A DNA stretch of 64,000 nucleotides from an uncultured Verrucomicrobiae bacterium (GCA_963769025.1 CAVYKI010000009.1:736001-800000), one strand, 5' to 3'; shown: positions 48,550-58,750, counted from the first letter of the stretch. The notes: generated by a model from the letters alone, not told the origin. A program made the numbers and translations.

Positions 48550-50109
48550 CTATCTCCCACTTGCCGCAGTCGCGCTCACCGTCACCGGCATGAATTCCTT
48601 CACGACCTTCGCGTCCTTGGGATTGATGAGCCACACACGCCCGTCCTCGCCGCCGGCGGCGAGGAGCGAACCGTCGGGCTTGTAGCTCAGGGCGTAGATG
48701 CCGCCTTCGAATTTCGCGCCGGCGAGCAGCTTCATCGTGCCGGTGAAGTACTTCTCGAGCTTCTGCTTTTCCGCATCCGTGCGGGTGATGGAGGATTTGT
48801 TCTCGATGGCGAGGATGTCCGCCGGCATCTCGGTGCTGAAGTCGAAGTTGAAGAAATTCACCGAGCCTTTTCCATCCAGCGAACTGCCGGCTGCGAAGCT
48901 CAGCCCGTCGGGCGCGAAGTCCGCGGCGTAGATGCGGCCTTCCATCGCGGGCCACTTGCCGATGGAGAGCGCGTTGTCGCCGATGCGCCGCTGGACCTTC
49001 CGTTCGATGCGATAGACCTGCGGCACGCCGTCCGAACTGCCGACGAGGAATTCATCGCGCTTCGGGTGACGCACGACGGAATGCAGCCCGCCGCGCAGCG
49101 CGCCGGGTGTGATGCTGGTGATGTTGTCGATGAAGCGCTGCGTGGCGACTTCGGTGAGCTTCGCCGTCATGTCGCGGCCGACGCTCACGAGCTTGTCCCC
49201 TTTCTGCGTGAAGACCGTACCGAGCACCCAGTCGTCGTGCGAACGCTGCTGGAGCACCTGCTTGCCGGTGTCGGCCTCGATGGCGAGCACGGCCTTGTCG
49301 GTGGCCGTGCCAAATGCGACGAGCTTTCCGTCCGGCGACCAGCTCACGCCGTACACGGTGTCGTATCCCTGCGTCGCGCTCAGCAGCAGCTTCCGCTTTT
49401 CCACGTCCCAAATCTGAATCTCCCCCATCTGCGCCGGGCGCCCTCCCGCGACCGCGAGCCTCTTCCCATCGGGAGAAAAGCGCAGCGACTGCACGCGCTC
49501 GGAAAGACCGACGAGACGCGCGAGCAATGCGCTGCCGTCACCTTTCCATAACAGCACCTCGTGAAATCCCGCGACGGCGAGCAGCGATCCATCGGGTGAA
49601 AAATCGAGCGAGGTGATCACCGGGGCTCGCGAGTAAACTGGCGGGTGATCGGTGTCGAAGCGCTGCTTCGCGTTCTCCGGCGTGTCGTCCTTCGCGCCCT
49701 CGGCGATCCATCGCTTGATGAGCGCGATTTCCATTTCGTGCAGCGGCGCCTTCTTTGGCGGCATCTCGGCCTCGCCGTTGACGGGGGTGATTTGCTTCAG
49801 CAGATGCGACTTTTCAGGCTGCCCCGGAACGACGGCCGCCCCGTCCGTCTCCGCATCGTCGCCGCCCTTGAGCAGCTTCGCAAAATCCGTCATCACATAG
49901 CCGCCCTTCGCCTTCGCCGGCTGGTGGCAGCCCTGGCACTGCGCCTGGAAAATCGGCCGCACCTTTTTGTAATAGCTCACCGGGGCATTCGAATCCTCCG
50001 CCTCCTCTTTCTTCGGCGGCGCGGCGGCGTGCATCGGGGCCGCGATCCATGCGGCACTCATCGCAGCCAGGACAGCCGGCAGCGCCAGACGACGTCGGAA
50101 ATAAGACAC
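48550..50109 (-). CDS. Planctomycete cytochrome c domain + WD40 repeat protein
   Basis: VSYYKKVRPIF..CQGCH, MPPK, WIAEGA motifs followed by FSPDG/WSPDG WD40 repeats. Confidence 0.92.
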   Translation of the reverse strand: MSYFRRRLALPAVLAAMSAAWIAAPMHAAAPPKKEEAEDSNAPVSYYKKVRPIFQAQCQGCHQPAKAKGGYVMTDFAKLLKGGDDAETDGAAVVPGQPEKSHLLKQITPVNGEAEMPPKKAPLHEMEIALIKRWIAEGAKDDTPENAKQRFDTDHPPVYSRAPVITSLDFSPDGSLLAVAGFHEVLLWKGDGSALLARLVGLSERVQSLRFSPDGKRLAVAGGRPAQMGEIQIWDVEKRKLLLSATQGYDTVYGVSWSPDGKLVAFGTATDKAVLAIEADTGKQVLQQRSHDDWVLGTVFTQKGDKLVSVGRDMTAKLTEVATQRFIDNITSITPGALRGGLHSVVRHPKRDEFLVGSSDGVPQVYRIERKVQRRIGDNALSIGKWPAMEGRIYAADFAPDGLSFAAGSSLDGKGSVNFFNFDFSTEMPADILAIENKSSITRTDAEKQKLEKYFTGTMKLLAGAKFEGGIYALSYKPDGSLLAAGGEDGRVWLINPKDAKVVKEFMPVTVSATAASGR

Positions 50110-50493
50110 GGAACTGCGGGGAGATTCGGGAAATCATGTCAGTGAGGGAACTGGTGCGCCGGGTGATTCTTAGCCGGGAACGATGCCCGTGCAATGCGCA
50201 GGTTTTTCTGTGTGGCGGAAGGTGGCGCTGCGGACCCGACTGACGAAACCACGCCCGCGGTCACTCGCACGCAGGAAAGGAACCCGAGCAGCCGCCGGGA
50301 TTTCCACTTGCCGCATTTTCTCCGGACGCCGAAAGGAAAACTCACAACAGACACTTGCACGGGACATCCTCGGGATGGCTGTCCTCCGGGTTTCCCCTTG
50401 CGCGGCCATCGCTGCGGGAACATCGTAATCACGTCAGCTCCCTCTGCCCTCGCGGCAGTTCGTGCTCCAAATCCGAAACAGGAAGTCACGCTT

Positions 50494-51393
50494 ATGAAAA
50501 CGCTGCAACCGACTGCTCCCACGGGTGGAAATCCGAAGGCGACCGCCACGCGATTCCGCTCGCTCATCAGGCCAAAACTGGCCGCCTGCGTGGCGGCACT
50601 GGCCTTGCTCTTCACCGCGGAAAGTCCCGCCGCCGTCACTCTTCCCAGAGACCTGAATGGCGACGCCAAGTCCGATCTCTTGTTCCAGAACTTCACCGGC
50701 CAGATCGCCGTGTGGTATCTGAATGGAAGCGGAGTCGTCACGGGTACCGCCTACCTCTATGCCGGCAGCCTCGGCGACTGGAGAGTGGTGGGCATCGCGG
50801 ACATGAACAACGACGGCAAGCTCGACCTCGTTTTCCAAGACTCCGCCGGCCAAATCGCCGTCTGGTTCCTGAATGGCGCCGGTGTCGTCACGGGCACCGC
50901 CTACCTCCATACCGGCAGCCTCGGCGACTGGAGAGTGGTGGGCCTCGCGGACATGAACAGCGACCTTAACGCCGACATTGTTTTCCAAAACGGCAACGGA
51001 CTGGTTTACGTGTGGTACATGAATGGCAACGGCGCGGTCACCGCCGCCGGATACCTTTACAACCTCAACCTCACCGACTGGAGAGTCGCGGGGCTCGCGG
51101 ATATGAACGGCGATGGCAACAACGACGTCGTCTTCCAGAACTCGTCCGGCCAGATCTACGTATGGTACATGAACGGCACTGGGACGATCATCACCACCGG
51201 ATACCTCTACGCTGGCTCCATGCTCGACTGGAAAGTGGTGGCACTCGTGGACATGAACGGCGACGCCACCGCCGACGTCATCTTCCAGAACTTGTCCGGC
51301 CAGATCGCCGTTTGGTACATGAATGGCACCGGCGGCATCTCGGGGACGGCCTATCTCTACACCGGCAGCCTCGGCGACTGGCGCGTCCGCTGA
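50494..51393 (+). CDS. FG-GAP/VCBS-like repeat protein, secreted
   Basis: Hydrophobic leader, then five DxNxDG..D..FQN..GQI.VWY.NG repeats. Start placed at ATG 50494. Confidence 0.85.
   Translation: MKTLQPTAPTGGNPKATATRFRSLIRPKLAACVAALALLFTAESPAAVTLPRDLNGDAKSDLLFQNFTGQIAVWYLNGSGVVTGTAYLYAGSLGDWRVVGIADMNNDGKLDLVFQDSAGQIAVWFLNGAGVVTGTAYLHTGSLGDWRVVGLADMNSDLNADIVFQNGNGLVYVWYMNGNGAVTAAGYLYNLNLTDWRVAGLADMNGDGNNDVVFQNSSGQIYVWYMNGTGTIITTGYLYAGSMLDWKVVALVDMNGDATADVIFQNLSGQIAVWYMNGTGGISGTAYLYTGSLGDWRVR
50650..51390 (+). repeat. Five tandem 150-nt (50-aa) coding repeats
   Basis: Units start at 50650, 50800, 50950, 51100 and 51250; GGCAGCCTCGGCGACTGG recurs exactly in three units. Confidence 0.92.
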
Positions 51394-51455
51394 TCGGGTG
51401 CATTCCGCGCTCCCCCGCCGGAGGAAAATGGACCGCTGAGCGGAGCAGGGCGTTT

Positions 51456-53126
51456 CTACGCCGCCGACGCGTCCGGACGCGGGCGGATGGCGCTGGTGAC
51501 GCTGGAGCCACGCCTGGTCTTCGTGGGCGTGTCGTCGGGATACGCCACGCGCGAATGCATCATGCTGCTGAGCGTGTGGCGGAATGCCTGGGCGACGGCT
51601 TCGAGGTCGCGGAAGCGGAGGTCGCAGTCGTCGAGCTGGCCGTCGGCGACGCGCTTGCGGATGATGTCGGTGATGAGCTGCTCGATCTTCTGCGGTGTCA
51701 CGCGCTCGAGGCAGCGCGCGGCGCTCTCGATGGAATCAGCGAGGCTCACGATGGCGGATTCGCGGGTCTGCGGCTTGGGCCCGCCGTAGCGGAAGCTGCT
51801 CTCGCTGACCTCGGGCAGATCCTCGTCGTGCATCGAGGCGATCTTCCCGTCGCTGCGAGCAGCCTGCTGCTGGTCCATCGCCTTTTTGTAAAAATAGTAC
51901 ACCATCGAGGTGCCGTGGTGCTCGCGGATGATGTCGATGATCTCCTGGTTGAGCTTGTGCTCCAGCGCGAGCGAGATGCCCTCCTTCACGTGGGCGATGA
52001 TGATGAGCGCGCTCATCGTGGGCGCGAGGTCGTCGTGGGGGTTGCGGTCGTGCCGCATGTTTTCCGTGAAATACTCGGGCTTCACGAGCTTGCCGATGTC
52101 GTGGAAGTAGCTGCACACGCGCGCCATTGTCGGATTGGCTCCGATGGCTTCGCAGGCGCCCTCTGCGAGGTTTGCGACGGCGAGGCTGTGCTGGAAGGTG
52201 CCGGGCGCCTCGATGGTCATCCGGCGGAGCAGCGGGTGGTTCAGGTCGGCGAGTTCCAGCCAGCGGACGCGCGTGGTGATGTGGAAGAGGCTTTCCACCG
52301 CCGGCAGCGCACCGACGATGATGAGCGTCATGACCACCGGGGCGCCGACCGCGACGACGGTCTGGACGGCGAGCGTCTGGTAGTTCAGGGCCGCGCCCTC
52401 GACCCACATGTGGAGGAGATTGATTTCCCGGAAGGCGACCGCGAGCAGCCACGTCGTGAGCCCGACGAAGAGCCCCGCGCGCGGGAGGTCGCCGCGCTTG
52501 CGCACTTCGGCGGTGAGATAAATCGCGACAAATCCGCAGACGAGGCTGGTCGTCACATTCCTCACGATGAAGTCGAGGTCGCCGCTCACGCTGGCAAACA
52601 GCGGCAGGGCAAGGAGCGTCCCGAAGACGGAGACGAACACGGCCATCGAGCGGCCGAGCAGCACGCTCGCCAGGACCGGCCCGAAGCCGAACGGGATGGC
52701 GAGCAGCCACATGTCGTGCCGCTGGATGGCGCTGAATTGCCCGGGCAAAAGCTCCCCGCTGGCGTGAATGGCTGCGTCGGCCTGGAGCACGCAGAGCTTC
52801 GCGAGCCCGAGGTGGCCGAGGACGATGAGGAAAAGCAGCAGGAGGCGCGAGTTGCAGTTCCAAATCTCCCTGCGGGTCAGGAAAAGGTGGCCGACCGCGG
52901 TGGAAAAGACGAGAAGCGCCACGACCCACGGGCCCACCGGCGTCCTCACGGTGCCGGCGGTGATCAGCCAGACAAGGCCGACGGCTGCGCAGACGATGAC
53001 GGCGATGCGTGTGATGACCCCGTGTTCAAGCGTCTCCGCCACTTCGCTCTGAGTCAGGCGACGGCGCGTCTTTTGCGGAGTGAGGCCTTTTTTGGCCAGG
53101 CGTTGGCGTTCGAAAAAACCGAGCAT
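51456..53126 (-). CDS. 7TM-HD (HDIG) family phosphohydrolase, PgpH-like
   Basis: Multi-TM N-terminus, APGTFQHS, YFHDIGK, YFTEN, HVKEG, EHHGT and ADSIESA motifs. Confidence 0.92.
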   Translation of the reverse strand: MLGFFERQRLAKKGLTPQKTRRRLTQSEVAETLEHGVITRIAVIVCAAVGLVWLITAGTVRTPVGPWVVALLVFSTAVGHLFLTRREIWNCNSRLLLLFLIVLGHLGLAKLCVLQADAAIHASGELLPGQFSAIQRHDMWLLAIPFGFGPVLASVLLGRSMAVFVSVFGTLLALPLFASVSGDLDFIVRNVTTSLVCGFVAIYLTAEVRKRGDLPRAGLFVGLTTWLLAVAFREINLLHMWVEGAALNYQTLAVQTVVAVGAPVVMTLIIVGALPAVESLFHITTRVRWLELADLNHPLLRRMTIEAPGTFQHSLAVANLAEGACEAIGANPTMARVCSYFHDIGKLVKPEYFTENMRHDRNPHDDLAPTMSALIIIAHVKEGISLALEHKLNQEIIDIIREHHGTSMVYYFYKKAMDQQQAARSDGKIASMHDEDLPEVSESSFRYGGPKPQTRESAIVSLADSIESAARCLERVTPQKIEQLITDIIRKRVADGQLDDCDLRFRDLEAVAQAFRHTLSSMMHSRVAYPDDTPTKTRRGSSVTSAIRPRPDASAA

Positions 53127-53301
53127 GTATTCCCAATAGGGCCTGCAGTGTCCGTGCGCGCCCCCTTCTAGGCAAATGGAAAATCCCGGCCCCCGTGACG
53201 GTGGCGGCTGGGAGCTGTGGCTTTCCGCCCGGTCTGGTTGTCAGGGGCCGAGTGCAGGCATTCTTCGCAAGCGATAAAGAAATCCCTTTTCCAAAGGAGC
53301 A

Positions 53302-55155
53302 ATGATCCCTACTTTCCGCGCCCCAATGACAGAAGACATCAAGAAGGCCGTCGAAGCCGGCAAACTCACCTCCACCGTCGGGGCCGCCCTGGCGAAGCTC
53401 CCGCCGGGCACGTTCGTCCAGCACAAGAGCTGGGGCTACGGCGTCATTGTCTCCCACGATTTTCTGCTCAGTCAGACGACGATCGACTTCAAGACAAAGA
53501 AGGCGCACTCGATGCAGCTCCAGTACGCTGGCGAGTCGTTGATCCCTCTGCCTCCCGACCACATCGCCGCGAAGAAATTTCAGGATCTTGAAGCGATCCG
53601 AAAGCTCGGCCAGAGCGACCCTGCCTGCCTTGTCCGGATGGTGCTCCAGTCCCTCGGCGGACGGGCCTCGCAGGAACAGATCGCCTCGCAGCTCGTCCCG
53701 GATGTTTTCAACGACGCCGCTTTCAAGAAATGGTGGGAAGCCGCCAAGCGGGCGCTGAAGTCGGACCCGCTCGTGGGCGTTCCGCAAAAAAAGACCGAGC
53801 CTTTCATCCTCCGCGAACAGGGGCTTTCGCAGACCGACGAAGTGCTCGAGGCATTCAAGGCCGCGCGGACGCTGAAGGATCAGATCACCGCTCTGGACAA
53901 TCTCACGAAGGCGCTCGGCCAGTTCACCGACCCGGCCGTGCTCCAGCCGGTGGTCGCCGCCATCGAATTGGCCGCGAAGAAGAACGTCAAGCTGCACACC
54001 TGCGAAACGCTTCAGCTCCTCGCCGTCCGCGATGAAATTGTCTCGAAGCTCCCCACGCTCACCAGTTCACCCGACACGCCGACCATCGCCGGCATCCTGC
54101 TCGAACAGGATCGCCAGCTTGCCACGCTGCTCGGCGAACTGCCCGTCTCGAAGCTGAAGAAGGTCGTCCTCGCGTTGCCGGAAGCATTCAGCGACCACTG
54201 GAGCACAAAGGCGATCGGCCTTTTCCTCCGCGGAAACTCGAAGCTCGCGCCGGAGGCCGCGCGCCTGCTCATCGAAAAAGGGCGCATGGATGAATTCGGC
54301 GTCGCGCTCGACAAGTCCATCCGCGACCAGTCGATCAGCTCCGAAGGCCTGCAATGGCTCTGCGAGGAACGCCACGGCGTGTACGGCGAGATCGCCCAGC
54401 ATCCGCGTGTGCTCAGCGCCATCCTCGGCGCGATGGAGCGCGATCAATTCAAGGAAAAGCGCGACCGCAAACTCCAGGACATGCTCGTGAACGACCAGGA
54501 ACTCCTGCTCGACCTCGTCGCCGTCGCGACCGACGAGGAACTGCGCGACGTGATGCGCAAGCTCGTCCTCTCGCCGACTTTCGAGGAGCTGAACAAGCGC
54601 TCGCTCCTCGGACGCATCGTCCGCACTTATCCCGAACTGGAGTCGCTCATCACCGGCAGGCCCGACGACGACAAGAAGAACGAACTGATCGTATCGTGGA
54701 AGAGTTTGGAAACCCGCAAGGCCGACTACGACGACCTCGTGAACAAGAAGATCCCGCAGAACCGGCAGGACATCCAGATCGCCCGCAGCTACGGCGACCT
54801 TCGCGAGAATTTCGAATACAAGAGCGCCAAGGAACAGCAACGCGTGCTCTCTCGGCAGAAAAGCGAGGCTGAACGCGACCTCGCCCGCGCCCGCGGCACC
54901 GATTTTGCCGGCGTGACCAATGAAAAGGTCGCCATCGGCACCGCCGTGAAACTCCGCCGCGTGAGCGACGGCGGCGAGGAAAACTACACGATCCTCGGGG
55001 CTTGGGACACGGACCCTTCGAAGCACATCATCAGCTACCTCTCGCAGATGGCGCAGGCGCTCATCGGCCACGCCGCGGGCGACCGCGTCACCGTGCCGAA
55101 GGAAACCGGCGAGCACGAAGTCGAGATCGTCAGCATCGAAGTCGCCAAGCTTTAG
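53302..55155 (+). CDS. greA: Long-form GreA/GreB family transcription elongation factor
   Basis: C-terminal IQIARSYGDLRENFEYKSAK and YTILGAWD..IISYLS..AQALIG; long N-terminal extension; AAGGAG before ATG 53302. Confidence 0.88.
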   Translation: MIPTFRAPMTEDIKKAVEAGKLTSTVGAALAKLPPGTFVQHKSWGYGVIVSHDFLLSQTTIDFKTKKAHSMQLQYAGESLIPLPPDHIAAKKFQDLEAIRKLGQSDPACLVRMVLQSLGGRASQEQIASQLVPDVFNDAAFKKWWEAAKRALKSDPLVGVPQKKTEPFILREQGLSQTDEVLEAFKAARTLKDQITALDNLTKALGQFTDPAVLQPVVAAIELAAKKNVKLHTCETLQLLAVRDEIVSKLPTLTSSPDTPTIAGILLEQDRQLATLLGELPVSKLKKVVLALPEAFSDHWSTKAIGLFLRGNSKLAPEAARLLIEKGRMDEFGVALDKSIRDQSISSEGLQWLCEERHGVYGEIAQHPRVLSAILGAMERDQFKEKRDRKLQDMLVNDQELLLDLVAVATDEELRDVMRKLVLSPTFEELNKRSLLGRIVRTYPELESLITGRPDDDKKNELIVSWKSLETRKADYDDLVNKKIPQNRQDIQIARSYGDLRENFEYKSAKEQQRVLSRQKSEAERDLARARGTDFAGVTNEKVAIGTAVKLRRVSDGGEENYTILGAWDTDPSKHIISYLSQMAQALIGHAAGDRVTVPKETGEHEVEIVSIEVAKL

Positions 55156-55178
55156 GCCGCGAGCGCGGCGAGCGGGAC

Positions 55179-55661
55179 CTAAACCGCGGCGACGGTCTTT
55201 CGCCGCTTGCACACCCCCGAGGTGCGCAGTTCGTCGCAGTGGGCCTCGATGCGCACCACTTTCCCCATCGGGGTAAAACCCATCCGCTTGCTGATGCAAA
55301 TCTCCAGCGTGTCGATGTGGACATCCTCGAACTCGATGATCTTCGCGCAGTCGAGGCAGATGAGGTGATTGTGATTCGGATGATCGACGTAGTTCGGGTC
55401 GTAGAACTTGTGGTCGCGGCCGAAATCCATCTCCCGCAGCATCCCGCTCTCCACGAGCAGCGGCAGCGTGCGATAGACCGTCGCGCGTGAGACCGAAGGG
55501 TCCACCTTCTTCGCCATCACCAGCAAATCATCGGCCGTGTAGTGCTCCGTGGTGGTGAACGCCGCCTCAATGATCGCATCACGCTGCGAAGTCCTCCGCA
55601 GCCCTTTCGACTCGAGAAATTCGTAAATGCGCTGGCGGAGCCCGGGATCCATGTGGCGCAC
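55179..55661 (-). CDS. Fur family transcriptional regulator
   Basis: GLRRTSQR, VSRATVYRTL and HNHLICLDC..IIEF motifs. Confidence 0.93.
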   Translation of the reverse strand: MRHMDPGLRQRIYEFLESKGLRRTSQRDAIIEAAFTTTEHYTADDLLVMAKKVDPSVSRATVYRTLPLLVESGMLREMDFGRDHKFYDPNYVDHPNHNHLICLDCAKIIEFEDVHIDTLEICISKRMGFTPMGKVVRIEAHCDELRTSGVCKRRKTVAAV

Positions 55662-55700
55662 AGTTAGCCCAGTCTTCGCACCGGAGTCAAACCGCTCCGT

Positions 55701-57326
55701 TCACCGGTCCGCGCTCAGTTCCAAAATGCGGCCCGGCAGCCAGCCAAACCCGTCCTTGAAGCTGCTCGACCGCGTGTATTCGAGAATCAGCACCCGGCCA
55801 GGCCCGATGCGCAGCACATCGATTGGGCGTCCGAGTTTTGCAAAAATCGTCTCCGTCCTGGCGCTCCACGTGCCGTCGCTCTCTCGCTTTGGGTGCACGG
55901 AGAGCACGTCAAATCCGACATCCTGCGAGCTGCCGGTGCGGTCCTCGCCGATGAGGTTTCCAAAACGCGTGACGAGAAATCCGTTTCGCAGCGGCTCGGG
56001 GAAATCCTCGCCGCACCACGCCATCCCCGCCGGCGAACTGTGCGCATCGAACGTGTAAAGCCCGTCCGCGTTTCCACCGCCGGCAGGTCCGGTGTTCTTC
56101 ACCGGCAACTTGAAGATCATTCCTGCCGGCGGCACCGGCGTGTGCGGATAAGGGCGCGGATCCATCGGCCAGTTGCCGAACTGGAACGGAAACCCGTAGT
56201 GCTTCCCGCGCTCGATGAAATCCAGCTCCTCAGGCGCGTTCGCGTCCGGGCCATTCGTCACCGAGAAAAGCTCCCCTGCCGTATTCCACGCAAAGCCGTA
56301 AGGATTCCGCAGCCCGCGCGCATGGACTTCGATCTCCGGCGTCTCGCTCTTCGGATCGAGCCGCCACAGGCACGCCGTCGTCTCCACTTCACCGCCGGTG
56401 AAAACACCTGTCGCAGTGCCCGCCTCGCCGCCATCCGTGCGCGAACCGCTGCTCACGTAGAGCATCCCGTCCGGCCCGAACGCGAGGTGCGAGACCCCGT
56501 GATTGAACGGCCCGACGCCGTACGGGTAGCGATGCACAAGCCACGGCTCAGCCTTTACCGGTCCGGATTTCAAATCCCCACTGCTGCGCCAGATCGTGAC
56601 CTCATTCATCCGGTAAGGCTCGTCAGCAAAGCCGCGGTTCGTCGTGAACCACAGCCGTCCATCCGTGCCGAGCGTGATCCCGAGCGCGGTGATGTCGGCA
56701 TTTTCCTGCTTCACGTATTCCGCCGGCTGCAGAATCGGCACAATGAGCCCGTTCTCGACATCGAGCCGGTACACCACGCCCTTCTGTCCGAGCGCGTACA
56801 CCGCGCCATCGCGATCCGGCCCCGCGAGCCGCGTGACAAAATCAGGCAACTGCACCACCTCGCGGAGCTTCATCCCCTTCGGCGGCGCGGGCAGCGGCGC
56901 AAACGCATGCGCCCGGACCAGCGCATCGTAAGTCTTGAATTTCGACGTCAGCCTCACCTTCGCCACCTCATCCGGCGTCACGGCCTTTTCCGCATTGCCC
57001 CACGAGGAAAAGACGAACGTCAGCACATCCGCGACGCTGCGATCGTCGAGCGGCTGCACCGGCATCTGGTTGTTGTAGTCCACTCCGTTCACCCGGATTT
57101 TTCCGCCCAGCCCCTCGCAGAGCGCACGGATCGAGCGCTCGCGGTTCTCCTTGATCCAATCCGACGCCGCCAGCGGAGGAAACACCGGCGGCGCCCCCTG
57201 CCCCGTCGCCTGGTGACACACGATGCACCCCTGCTGGTAAATGCGCTCGCCGCGGGCCTTCGACTCCGCCTCGTCGGCAAGGCTCACCGCGGCGACAAAA
57301 AAACATGCGAGTGGGAGGAACCTCAT
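55701..57326 (-). CDS. Cytochrome c + glucose/sorbosone dehydrogenase-like beta-propeller protein
   Basis: Signal peptide, CIVCH...FPPLA, FGPDGMLYVSSG, GLRNPY, HYGFP and SSPAGM motifs. Confidence 0.88.
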   Translation of the reverse strand: MRFLPLACFFVAAVSLADEAESKARGERIYQQGCIVCHQATGQGAPPVFPPLAASDWIKENRERSIRALCEGLGGKIRVNGVDYNNQMPVQPLDDRSVADVLTFVFSSWGNAEKAVTPDEVAKVRLTSKFKTYDALVRAHAFAPLPAPPKGMKLREVVQLPDFVTRLAGPDRDGAVYALGQKGVVYRLDVENGLIVPILQPAEYVKQENADITALGITLGTDGRLWFTTNRGFADEPYRMNEVTIWRSSGDLKSGPVKAEPWLVHRYPYGVGPFNHGVSHLAFGPDGMLYVSSGSRTDGGEAGTATGVFTGGEVETTACLWRLDPKSETPEIEVHARGLRNPYGFAWNTAGELFSVTNGPDANAPEELDFIERGKHYGFPFQFGNWPMDPRPYPHTPVPPAGMIFKLPVKNTGPAGGGNADGLYTFDAHSSPAGMAWCGEDFPEPLRNGFLVTRFGNLIGEDRTGSSQDVGFDVLSVHPKRESDGTWSARTETIFAKLGRPIDVLRIGPGRVLILEYTRSSSFKDGFGWLPGRILELSADR

Positions 57327-57409
57327 GGGTCGCGAGCGTAGAAAGTGCGCAGCCCACGTCAAGAGGCCCGCGCATGGACGCCCGGGCAGGCCGTGTGTAT
57401 GTTTCTGCC

Positions 57410-58750
57410 ATGAGCTCGCTGACTCCCCTTCAAAAGCTCGATGCGGCGCATCAGCTCCATCCCTTCACGAATCACGACGAACTCCACGCAGCCGGCACCC
57501 ACATCATCACCGACGGAAGCGGCGCATGGCTCCAGGATCAAAATGGACGCCGCTTGCTCGATGGCCTCGCCGGTCTTTGGTGCGTAAATGTCGGCTACGG
57601 CCGACGCGAACTGATCGACGCCGCGACGCGGCAAATGGAGCGGCTCTGCTACTACCCATCGTTCTTCAACAGCACCACGGAACCCGCCATCCAGCTCGCT
57701 GCAAAGCTCTCCGAACTCGCACCGAAGCGGCTGAATCACGTCATGTTCAGCAACAGCGGCAGCGAGGCGAACGAGACCGCGCTGAAACTCATCCGCGCCT
57801 ACTGGAAGCTGAAGGGCCAGCCCCACCGCACGAAAATCATCACCCGCGAATTCGCCTACCACGGCGTGACACTCGCCACCGCGAGCATGACCGGCCTGCC
57901 CGGTTGCCAGACGCCATTCGATCTTCCCCTGCCCGGATTTCTCCACGCGCCCGCGCCTCACGCCTACGCCGCAAACCGCGAGTCGGATCGCGAGGCCTAC
58001 GCCGACTGGTGCATCGAAGAAACGGCCCGCCTCATCGAACGCGAAGGGCCGGAAACGATCGGCGCGATTTTCGCCGAGCCCGTCCAGGGAGCCGGCGGCG
58101 TCATCGTCCCGCCACCGGGCTATCTCGCGAAACTCCGGGCCCTCGCGCGCAGCCACGGCATCCTCTTCGTCGCCGATGAAGTCATCACCGCATTTGGCCG
58201 GCTCGGCGCGTGGTTTGCCAGCGATCTGTGGTCGCTCGATTCCGATCTCATCTGCCTCGCGAAAGGTCTCACCAGCGGCTACCTCCCGCTCGGCGCGACG
58301 ATGGTCGCCGACGAAATCGCCGACGTCCTCATCCATGGCGGCTACCTCGCGCACGGCTTCACCTACAGCGGCCATCCTACGCCCTGCGCCGTCGCGCTCT
58401 CAAACATCGCACTCATCGAAAGCGAACGCCTCGTCGAGCGCGTGCGCGACGATGTCGGCCCGTATTTCCAGCAAAAGCTCCAGTCCTTCGCAACACATCC
58501 CGCGGTCGGCGAAGTGCGCGGCTGTCAGTTCATCGGCGCGCTGGAGTTGCTCCCTCGCGAAGGAAAGGCCGCGCTGACACCGACGACGCTGCTCGGACTC
58601 AAGGGCGCGAATCTCGTCCGCGACCAGGGCGTCATCGTCCGCGGCATCCGCGACCTCATCGCCATCGCCCCGCCGCTCACCGTCACGCGCGAGGAGATCG
58701 ACTTCCTTTTCACCGCAGTGAACCGCGCGCTCGACCGGCTCTGGGAATAG
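57410..58750 (+). CDS. Class III PLP-dependent aminotransferase (omega-amino acid/polyamine type)
   Basis: LHPFT, DGLAGLWCVNVGYGR, SGSEANE, AEPVQGAGG, DEVITAFGR and AKGLTSGYLP motifs. Confidence 0.95.
   Translation: MSSLTPLQKLDAAHQLHPFTNHDELHAAGTHIITDGSGAWLQDQNGRRLLDGLAGLWCVNVGYGRRELIDAATRQMERLCYYPSFFNSTTEPAIQLAAKLSELAPKRLNHVMFSNSGSEANETALKLIRAYWKLKGQPHRTKIITREFAYHGVTLATASMTGLPGCQTPFDLPLPGFLHAPAPHAYAANRESDREAYADWCIEETARLIEREGPETIGAIFAEPVQGAGGVIVPPPGYLAKLRALARSHGILFVADEVITAFGRLGAWFASDLWSLDSDLICLAKGLTSGYLPLGATMVADEIADVLIHGGYLAHGFTYSGHPTPCAVALSNIALIESERLVERVRDDVGPYFQQKLQSFATHPAVGEVRGCQFIGALELLPREGKAALTPTTLLGLKGANLVRDQGVIVRGIRDLIAIAPPLTVTREEIDFLFTAVNRALDRLWE

Noticed and set aside
50228..50290. 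CTGACGA...GAAA resembling a hammerhead ribozyme core
   Set aside because: No stem II closes between the two core segments and no flanking stems I/III could be built.
50650..51390. Near-identical repeats as a DGR template/variable pair
   Set aside because: The repeats are tandem within one ORF, differences are not adenine-specific, and no reverse transcriptase is present.
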